Shown piece after piece: positions 10,701 through 16,806 of a stretch of DNA of 64,000 nucleotides. Under the pieces are notes generated by a model. The model had not been told where the DNA came from and made no database searches. It was given only the letters and a program-made list of their open reading frames with translations. The translations under genes were made by a program, and so were the position numbers. The first letter of the stretch is position 1, and the number at the start of each line of letters is the position of its first letter. The DNA is from Nitrospirota bacterium (lineage in GTDB: Bacteria > Nitrospirota > UBA9217), in the NCBI GenBank assembly GCA_963840455.1, contig CAWIYV010000010.1:382785-446784 (forward strand). The letters are read 5' to 3'.

Positions 10701-10816
10701 AAAAGTTTTAAATAGTGTGTCCAGATGGATTCATATATAAGGCCGGCAAAACCTGAAGCGGTAAACATAAGGAAAAAAAGACGAAGACTTATATTGTTCA
10801 TGAGGTTTTTCTCCAC
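7772..10816 (-). CDS. fused MFS-type membrane domain / spermidine-synthase-like (aminopropyltransferase) protein
   Basis: 1014 aa. About 480 aa of a polytopic MFS-like membrane domain, then a PABS/spermidine-synthase-like domain (IIGWGSGLTTHTLL, IEIEPEMIKAARLF, DLIISEPSNPWVSGVASLFTKEFY), then a long C-terminal extension. Confidence 0.8.
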   Translation of the reverse strand: MEKNLMNNISLRLFFLMFTASGFAGLIYESIWTHYLKLFLGHAAYAQALVLAVFMGGMASGALICSKYSERLPNLLIGYAVVETVIGVCAIFFHPLYVHFIELTYAKFIPALSSPTAVAVFKWTAASLLILPQSILLGMTFPLMTAGLIRRFPQSSGSLVAMLYFTNSIGAAIGVLAAGFLFIGWVGLPGTLVLAGCINIMVAAIVWIEDKRSSSVQVSASIQTKTDVPGTSRGLVYKVFLLIALLTGLSSFIYEIGWIRMLSLVLGASTHAFELMLSAFITGIALGGLWIKRRIDSFDDPRRFLALVQVAMGILALATLPIYGGTFSAMAWLIRNLPKTNAGYFLFNLTSNGIALVIMLPAAFCAGMTLPLITNGLLRSGSGERSIGAVYGFNTIGSILGVFMAVHLAMPLLGLKGMIILGAGIDIALGLGLAWWAFPSWRIPAVYTIAGVVALVLPMFWLKLDPGKMASGVYRFGILPDQTKEEVLYHRDGKTATVSITKDLQNMSIKTNGKSDAGLQITGRGHSKDEETMVLAGAIGIIHRPEARTAAIIGWGSGLTTHTLLTVPNINSVDTIEIEPEMIKAARLFGPRVRLAYDDPRSHVRIEDAKSYFSFTNKQYDLIISEPSNPWVSGVASLFTKEFYSRVREYLTKDGLFVQWIHLYDIDMSLVASIMKALAPYFSDYIIYATNPYDMLIVACPVGDVQEPKISFLAIESLMNELNKVDVMGLPDINVRVLGNKSMLSPLFESYGTAANSDYEPIVDLYAVKSRFYDLTASPQFHSIEFGRLPIMHMLGKKHSDVSISPVAYSTFPKSIRIHFANMIFQYFMNDQMKWSHPYAPLRDQSRQLVMNAKQALTRKCSEDSLRQEWWMAMLHVVADFVPCWSPEQLSRILKSIETSSCSKSLSDSQRDFIELIKAVGKKDAAGMAQYSKKILVQMEQNAVDADLLEYTLSAGMLGDLAVGNIQEAGLLWRKYGPLLPAKNAQSITVQLLVTRLSRELAGYGTYFPRGEPH

Positions 10817-10873
10817 TGATACTTATTTTTTCTCATCTCAAACGATTCATTACATGAAATAGTAGTAATGACA

Positions 10874-10898
10874 CTCCCCCGGCAGGAGCCGGGGGTTT
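10874..10898 (+). repeat. 25-nt hairpin repeat (copy 1): ctcccccggcaggagccgggggttt
   Basis: Exact 25-mer also found at 50057..50081. Stem cccccggc/gccggggg with loop agga, followed by T residues. Confidence 0.7.
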
Positions 10899-10904
10899 CT
10901 TAAA

Positions 10905-11311
10905 TTACAACGTCAATTGCTGTTGCCCTTTGTCTTCCTTTTCCTGATAGGAAACATAAGCGAGAATTTCCTTTTCGTTCAGCCCGATACACCATACACA
11001 ATATGCTCGCGACCAGATGCCTTCTTTGCTTGCGTATGTTTTGTGATAAAAAGGAAATTTCGCCTTAAGCTTTTTCGCCGATTGTGACTTGATGTACTGT
11101 ACGACGTCGGCAACTGCAATTTTCCGCGGAACAACGATTACCATGTGTACATGGTCTATCCGCACACTGAGCTTGATTACCTCGATATCGGGATCAAGAT
11201 CTGGGAGATAACCAAGCGTCTTGGCCGCATACTCCTTGACACCCTTTACGAAGATCTTCCGCCGATATCTCGATATCCAGACGAGATGCTACTCTTTTTT
11301 GTAAATGCCAT
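10905..11311 (-). pseudogene. tnpA: IS200/IS605-family Y1 (HUH) transposase TnpA, apparently frameshifted near the N-terminus
   Basis: The frame from 11283 reads HLVWISRYRRKIFVKGVKEYAAKTLGYLPDLDPDIEVIKLSVRIDHVHMVIVVPRKIAV...SRAYCVWCIGLNEKEILAYVSYQE (HUH HVHM and catalytic Y region). The ATG at 11311 (MAFTKKSS) is in another frame. An in-frame TAG precedes HLVW. The shift sits at a T6 run (11295-11300). No tnpB present. Confidence 0.65.
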
Positions 11312-11530
11312 GGGCACTCTTTCGATATCTCATGCCCCATCATATCAAATACCATCTCGTCTGGATAGCCGCTAAATCACCAGACAGGGGTTTGGTATTT
11401 TATGCGGCTCAATAAAGGTTGAAGCTTGCATTACACCCGTCCCCAAACTGCACACCGCCCACCAATCGCACAATTACTGCACAAGAAACAGAAAAGGAGT
11501 CAGCATTTTCTGCTAACTCCTTGTAATTCA

Positions 11531-11605
11531 TGGTGGGCGCTGCAGGGTTTGAACCTGCGACCCCTGCCGTGTGAAGGCAGTGCTCTCCCGCTGAGCTAAG
11601 CGCCC
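11531..11605 (-). tRNA. tRNA-Val (anticodon CAC)
   Basis: Cloverleaf confirmed by hand: acceptor GGGCGCU/AGCGCCC, D-arm GCUC/GAGC, anticodon stem CUGCC/GGCAG with loop UUCACAC, T-arm GCAGG-UUCAAAC-CCUGC. CCA is encoded. Confidence 0.9.
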
Positions 11606-11761
11606 GGAAACGGTGATTATCTTACCCAGAGGGTACCTGTTAGTCAAGCGAAAACTTGGTTCTTATGGTCTACAAAGCCCGTGACGGACAGAGCTAGCAA
11701 GGAATGATCCGCCGTTATCCCCCCTGTCGATTTGATCCGTGTCAAATGCCGTTTTAAGAAA

Positions 11762-12925
11762 TTATTCCACGCTCAGAATCGCGCACTTCAGGTACTGCGA
11801 CTCCTTTGCGGCGAGCAGCATGGGGTGATCGCGGGACTGCGAGCGCATCTCCAGGAGCCGCGCCTGCCTCCCCGCTGACCAGGCCGCGTCGATCAGCATC
11901 TCCCGGAACAGCTCCTGGTCGATGTGGTGCGAGCAGGAGCAGGTGACGAGGAACCCGCCCGGTTCGAGCAGGCGCATGCCGCGCAGGTTGATCTCCTTGT
12001 ATCCCTTCAGTGCCTCGCGCACCTTCGCCCTGCTCTTGACAAAGGCAGGAGGGTCCAGGACGAGGCACCCGAACCGCTCCTTCTGCTTCTCGAGCTCCCG
12101 CAGCTTCTCGAACACGTCGCCGACCGCAAATTTCGCGGGCAGGTTGTTCAGCTCCGCGTTCGACCGTGCAAGCGTCACGGCCTTCTCCGACGAGTCGATG
12201 CCGATGACCTCTGTCGCGCCGTACCGGGCGGCGGATAGCGCCCATGCGCCCACATAGCAGAAACAGTCCAGCGTCCGCCGGCCCCGTACCAGGTCCTTGA
12301 GCGCCAGACGGTTCTCGCGCTGGTCGAAAAAGAAGCCCGTCTTCTGGCCCTCAAGCACGTCGGCCCGGTAGCGGATACCTGATTCCTCGAACTCCACCAT
12401 GCCCGATGTTTCCCCGAGAACGACCCGCGTCTCCTGTCCCAGTCCCTCGAGCGCCCGCGAGGCAGTGTCGTTCCTGAGCACGATGGTCTTCGGGCTGTAG
12501 ACCTCGCGGAGAGCGGCAAGGACCAAGTCCAACATGCCGTCGACCCCCGCGGTGAGCGACTGGACCACAAGCGTGTCTGCGTACTTGTCCACGATGAGGC
12601 CGGGAAGTCCGTCGCCCTCGCTGAACACCGCGCGGAAGGACTCGCCGAAACCGAGGTCCTTCCGCAGGTCGCGTGCTCTGCCGATCCTCCTCGTGAAGAA
12701 AGCGGCGTCCATATCCTCCTGCTTCCTGGTCAGGATGCGTACCGCGATGAGAGAGCGGGGATTCACGTATCCCCGCCCAAGGAAGTTCCCGGTAAAATCC
12801 CGGACCTCGACAGGCTCACCGGGCACGGCATCAGCGGGCAGGTCCTGGACCTCGTTGCTGAACACCCACGGATGGCCGCGCTGGACACGGCGTTCTTCTT
12901 TCTTTTTGAGCTTGATGGTTCTCAT
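11762..12925 (-). CDS. rlmI: 23S rRNA (cytosine-C5) methyltransferase RlmI family (PUA + class I SAM MTase)
   Basis: 387 aa. N-terminal PUA-like region, SAM-binding GIDSSEKA...LVLDPPAF and a C-terminal region typical of RlmI/RlmK family. Confidence 0.75.
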   Translation of the reverse strand: MRTIKLKKKEERRVQRGHPWVFSNEVQDLPADAVPGEPVEVRDFTGNFLGRGYVNPRSLIAVRILTRKQEDMDAAFFTRRIGRARDLRKDLGFGESFRAVFSEGDGLPGLIVDKYADTLVVQSLTAGVDGMLDLVLAALREVYSPKTIVLRNDTASRALEGLGQETRVVLGETSGMVEFEESGIRYRADVLEGQKTGFFFDQRENRLALKDLVRGRRTLDCFCYVGAWALSAARYGATEVIGIDSSEKAVTLARSNAELNNLPAKFAVGDVFEKLRELEKQKERFGCLVLDPPAFVKSRAKVREALKGYKEINLRGMRLLEPGGFLVTCSCSHHIDQELFREMLIDAAWSAGRQARLLEMRSQSRDHPMLLAAKESQYLKCAILSVE

Positions 12926-13030
12926 GGAAGGGAGAGGAAGGAGAAAACATATCCAGGGCGCAGCAGTCGGAAACCGAAAGCAGTTCTTCGTTCACCTGAG
13001 TTCTGGTTCCTGGCTCCTGGCTCCTGCATC

Positions 13031-13966
13031 TTATAGCTTGTTCTCGATATGTGCTTCGCTCCGGAGGGACTGGAGAAAGGCGCGATAGGTGTTCTCCATC
13101 TTCTGTTCGTAAAGCATTTTCTGGATTTCTTCCTTCACCTTTTCGAACGGCTTGACCGGCGTGCGAATCTCCTCAACGCGGATGATGTAAAAGCCGTCCG
13201 CTGCCTTCACCGGGCCCGCATATTGACCGGGCTTAAGGTCCTTCGCCGCCTCCTCAATCTCCGGGATAGCTTGGCCCCGCTGCATGAAACCGAGGTCGCC
13301 GTCCTGTGCGGCCGTCGGGCTGTCCGAATTTTCCCGGATGAGGCGGATGAAGTCCTCGCCCTTCCCGATCCGCGCCATGAGGGCCGCGGCCTTGTCCCGG
13401 GACTCGGCGATCTGGGCGGGTGGCGCCTTCTCGGGCACGGTCACCACAAGGAGTCGGACCCTGATCTCTTCCGGGAGGGAGAACTGCCCCAAATTCCGGT
13501 CATAATGCTCCCGGATCTCCTTCTCATCCACGGAGAGGCCGGTGCGGATAAACTTGTTGAACAGGCGCGACATCGTCATCTGCTCCCGAAATTCCGAACG
13601 GTACTGTTCCAAGGTGAGACCTTCCCGCGCCAGGGCCTCCTCGAACTGCTTGTTGTCCATGTTGTTCCGCTTCATGATGTCAGCGATCGCGTCGGCGAGC
13701 TCCCGGTCAGTGACCTCCATGCCATTCCGTTTTGCAGCGACCATCTGGAGCTTCCGGTCGATCATGTCCTCGAGCGTGAGCCGTTGATCAGTGCCCGCGG
13801 GCCGCTTCAGCGATTCCCGCTGCAGGTCGCTCATCGTGATGACCTCATCGTTCACCACGGCAACGACCCTATCTACAACCACGGGGCCGGACGCCGCCGG
13901 TACGGAGCCGGCGGACACGCAGACAGCCATGGCTACGCTCATCAATATTGAAACGCCTTTTGTCAT
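13031..13966 (-). CDS. periplasmic peptidyl-prolyl isomerase, SurA-like (parvulin/PpiC domain)
   Basis: Signal peptide, SurA-N-like region and a PpiC-type domain (DGDLGFMQRGQAIPEIEEAA...GFYIIRVEE). Start taken at the ATG at 13966 (alternative 13984). The upstream part of the track ORF looks noncoding. Confidence 0.75.
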   Translation of the reverse strand: MTKGVSILMSVAMAVCVSAGSVPAASGPVVVDRVVAVVNDEVITMSDLQRESLKRPAGTDQRLTLEDMIDRKLQMVAAKRNGMEVTDRELADAIADIMKRNNMDNKQFEEALAREGLTLEQYRSEFREQMTMSRLFNKFIRTGLSVDEKEIREHYDRNLGQFSLPEEIRVRLLVVTVPEKAPPAQIAESRDKAAALMARIGKGEDFIRLIRENSDSPTAAQDGDLGFMQRGQAIPEIEEAAKDLKPGQYAGPVKAADGFYIIRVEEIRTPVKPFEKVKEEIQKMLYEQKMENTYRAFLQSLRSEAHIENKL

Positions 13967-14020
13967 CCTGTTCACTTCCGTCATCCTTTTCTGTTGCCTT
14001 TTACCGGCACGGTGCTTAAT

Positions 14021-15097
14021 ATGGGACCCATGCCGCACCGGAACCTGTATGCTGCCGTCATTTCGCTCGTCCTGCTGGCTGCTTCCGCGCTGCCTGCTGC
14101 AGAGCAGGCAACCTCTGCGGATGAGATCACCATCGCCGCGGTCGGCGACATCATGCTCGGCCACCGGGCCGAGCCGTATCTCCTCAAGGAGGGCCCTGCC
14201 TATCCCTTCGTGAATGTCCTACCCGTGTTGCGGCAGGCCCACGTTGTCATCGGAAACCTGGAAAGCCCTGTCTCGACGCGCGGCACGGCCGTGGAGAACA
14301 AGACGTTCACGCTCCGCGTCAGGCCCGTTGCCGTGGAAGCGCTCAAGGCTGCGGGCATCCGCGTGGTGACGCTCGCCAACAACCACATCCTCGACTTCGG
14401 GCCGCAGGCGCTCCAGGACACCCTCACGCTCCTTAATGAGAACGGTATTCTCTATACCGGCGCGGGCATGGACCTCGATGACGCCCGTGAGCCCGCGCTC
14501 CTCAAGGTCGGCGAGCGGACCATTGCGTTCCTGTCCTACTCGCTGACCTTTCCCCTGGAGTTCTACGCCTCCGCTGGAAGGCCCGGCACCGCGCCCGGAT
14601 ACAAGGAGTACGTGAAAAAGGATATCCAGAAGGTGAGGTCTCTGGCCGACCTGGTAGTGGTCTCGTTCCACTGGGGCGCCGAGCTCATGACCTCTGCCAA
14701 GGACTACCAGCAGGCGCTCGGCCGCCTTTCGATCGACTGGGGCGCCGATCTGGTCCTGGGCCACCACCCCCACATCCTGCAGGAGCTGGAGGTCTACCAC
14801 GGACGCCTCATCGCCTACAGCCTCGGCAACTTTGTCTTCGGTTCCGAGAGCGACAAGACGAACTCGAGCATCATACTCCTTTGCACATTCAAAGGAAAGT
14901 CCCTTGTACGGGTCGAGGCGGTGCCCCTGGACGTGAACAACTACCGGGTGGCCTACCAGCCCCGGGTCCTGGCGGGAAGAAAGGCAGATGGCGTTCTTGC
15001 GGAGATCAATACTGCGTCGGAACGGTTCAAGACCCGGCTGACCGTAAGGGACGGCCGTGGGACCATCGACCTCACTGCTGCAGCCCCTGGTAATTGA
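14021..15097 (+). CDS. capA: CapA-family metallophosphatase (poly-gamma-glutamate/capsule biosynthesis protein family)
   Basis: Signal peptide plus CapA/PGA_cap motifs (AAVGDIM, LANNHILDFG, GHHPH). The track ORF starts at TTG 13994; the first ATG is at 14021. The 3' end overlaps the convergent gene by 26 nt. Confidence 0.7.
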   Translation: MGPMPHRNLYAAVISLVLLAASALPAAEQATSADEITIAAVGDIMLGHRAEPYLLKEGPAYPFVNVLPVLRQAHVVIGNLESPVSTRGTAVENKTFTLRVRPVAVEALKAAGIRVVTLANNHILDFGPQALQDTLTLLNENGILYTGAGMDLDDAREPALLKVGERTIAFLSYSLTFPLEFYASAGRPGTAPGYKEYVKKDIQKVRSLADLVVVSFHWGAELMTSAKDYQQALGRLSIDWGADLVLGHHPHILQELEVYHGRLIAYSLGNFVFGSESDKTNSSIILLCTFKGKSLVRVEAVPLDVNNYRVAYQPRVLAGRKADGVLAEINTASERFKTRLTVRDGRGTIDLTAAAPGN

Positions 15098-16031
15098 CGA
15101 CGAACTTCGTTCTCCCGCGCAGCTCCGTGAGCCATTGTTTGTACCGGACGTCCTGCTTCTGGCGCGAGAGCTTCTCGGCGATCTCTTTATATGCCTCCTC
15201 GAATGTCATCTTCCCGGCCTTCCGCTTTTCCTCAAGCTTGAAGATGTGATATCCGTAGGGGCTCTTCACCACGCTGCTGATTCCCCCCCGGGGCAGCCCA
15301 AAGACCACATTGAACTCGCCCGGCATCTCGCCCATGGCGAAAAAGCCCAGGTCCCCGCCCTCTTCGGCCTCGGGCGCCGTCGACTTCTTCCGCGCAAGCG
15401 TGGCGAAATCCGCCTTCTCATTCTGGAGCTGGTCGAGGACCTTCTGGGCCTCCTCTTCGGTGGCCACGACGATCTGGCGGACACGAACCTGCTCCGGCCG
15501 CTGGAACTCCTGGAGGTTCTCCTGGTAATACCGCCGGACCTCCGATGACGGAACGCGCAGCTTGTGGACCACGTCGCGCGCGATGAGCTTCTCGATCATC
15601 ATGTCTTCCCAGAGATCTGACTTCCACTTCTCGAAGTCGATCCCCAGCCCGCCCAGCGTCTCTTTCATGTCCTTGCCCTGCTCGTTGCGCATGGCCTCGA
15701 CGCGAGCGTTGATCTCGGGGAGGCTGACCTTGATGCGGCGCCGCTGCGCCTCGCGCAGAATCATCTTGCGCTCGATGAGCCGGTTCAGGAACTCCTCCTT
15801 CACCTGAAGCTCAGCTTCCTTCTCGGGCTTGATCCCCGCCCTCGCGAACCGCTCCTGGAACTCGCCCAGGGTGATAGGGTCCCCGTTCACCGTGGCAAGG
15901 ACCTTCACTTCGGGGGCAATGGCAGCTGCGGAAGGGGGCCGCTTTGCCTCCTCCTTCTTCGAGCAGCCGAAAAACAAAAGCCCCAGCAGGAGCACCGGGG
16001 CAGATACGATCGTGATTCGGGAATTCCGCAT
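15072..16031 (-). CDS. lipoprotein peptidyl-prolyl isomerase (SurA-N + PpiC/parvulin domain)
   Basis: Lipobox LFFGC and a PpiC domain (RQIVVATEEEAQKV...GGDLGFFAMGEM...GYHIFKLEE). ATG at 16031. Confidence 0.75.
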   Translation of the reverse strand: MRNSRITIVSAPVLLLGLLFFGCSKKEEAKRPPSAAAIAPEVKVLATVNGDPITLGEFQERFARAGIKPEKEAELQVKEEFLNRLIERKMILREAQRRRIKVSLPEINARVEAMRNEQGKDMKETLGGLGIDFEKWKSDLWEDMMIEKLIARDVVHKLRVPSSEVRRYYQENLQEFQRPEQVRVRQIVVATEEEAQKVLDQLQNEKADFATLARKKSTAPEAEEGGDLGFFAMGEMPGEFNVVFGLPRGGISSVVKSPYGYHIFKLEEKRKAGKMTFEEAYKEIAEKLSRQKQDVRYKQWLTELRGRTKFVVNYQGLQQ

Positions 16032-16053
16032 TACGCTCTTCTTCTCGCGACCA

Positions 16054-16752
16054 TTACTTGGTCCCTTCGGCCTTCTTCTCCGTCTTTCCCTCCGGCAGGT
16101 TAAGCTGGAGCGTACCCGACTGCGCCGGCTTGGAAAGATCGCTTGCCAGGGTTTCCAGGGCCTTGTCGTCAACCGTGATCTTTGCTTTTTCCTTGAGCCC
16201 CTTGGAGAACTCCAGATAGGCTTCGCGTTGCTTCATCTGGAACACATACCGTTTGAGCCCCTGCGCCTCCGCCTGCTTGAGCGTGATGTCCTTGCCGCCG
16301 GCGGCCTTTTTGATCTCGTCGCGGTGGATGTCGTAGTAGGCCTTCACCTCGGCATCGGTGGGCTCTTTGACCTTGTCCATGAGCTCTTTTTTGAGAAGCG
16401 CGTTGAAGAGGTCGTTCTTGGTCGCGTCCTGGAGCCGCTGTTCCAACTCCTTCTTGCGCGCATCCTGCTTCTTCTTGAACTCTGCATCTTTATCGAGCCC
16501 CTGCCGTCGTGCCTCCTGAAGGACCAGTTCGATGCCGATCAGGTCCTCGAGGAACTCCTTCCGCGCCTTGGGATCCGTTGCCACGGCCTGCAGCATCTGG
16601 GGCTGCAGCTCGTCGAGCTGCTTCTTGAAGTCGGCAGACGTGATCTTGGCGTTGTTTACCTTGGCGATGACCGCGCTGTCGGTGCCCTTGGTGCAGCCGG
16701 CCAGCGAAAGGGCGATGATCGCCACTGCTGCCGCTGTCATTCTGTTCATCAT
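16054..16752 (-). CDS. SurA N-terminal-domain chaperone-like lipoprotein
   Basis: Lipobox LAGC and a lysine/glutamate-rich helical SurA_N-like domain with no PPIase domain. Lies immediately downstream of mfd. Confidence 0.65.
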   Translation of the reverse strand: MMNRMTAAAVAIIALSLAGCTKGTDSAVIAKVNNAKITSADFKKQLDELQPQMLQAVATDPKARKEFLEDLIGIELVLQEARRQGLDKDAEFKKKQDARKKELEQRLQDATKNDLFNALLKKELMDKVKEPTDAEVKAYYDIHRDEIKKAAGGKDITLKQAEAQGLKRYVFQMKQREAYLEFSKGLKEKAKITVDDKALETLASDLSKPAQSGTLQLNLPEGKTEKKAEGTK

Positions 16753-16806
16753 GGAATCCTTCCTCCCGGTGAGAGATTTGACGTTAATTTGTAATTATAT
16801 AACACA

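Larger units (their letters stand above)
6021..11575. mobile_element. putative tRNA-Val-associated genomic island remnant (low GC, bounded by 47-bp direct repeats)
   Basis: An identical 47-nt sequence (catggtgggcgctgcagggtttgaacctgcgacccctgccgtgtgaa) lies at 6021..6067 and at 11529..11575. The second copy is the 3' end of an intact tRNA-Val. The interior is visibly AT-richer (about 40-45% GC) than the flanks (about 60%). It holds an IS200 tnpA but no integrase. Confidence 0.55.

Noticed and set aside
10872-10898. Hairpin at 10874 as the rho-independent terminator of IS200 tnpA
   Set aside because: On the minus strand, the strand of tnpA, the stem is not followed by a U-tract. The T-run follows only in the plus-strand orientation. 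It is therefore reported as a repeat or structured element rather than as the tnpA terminator.
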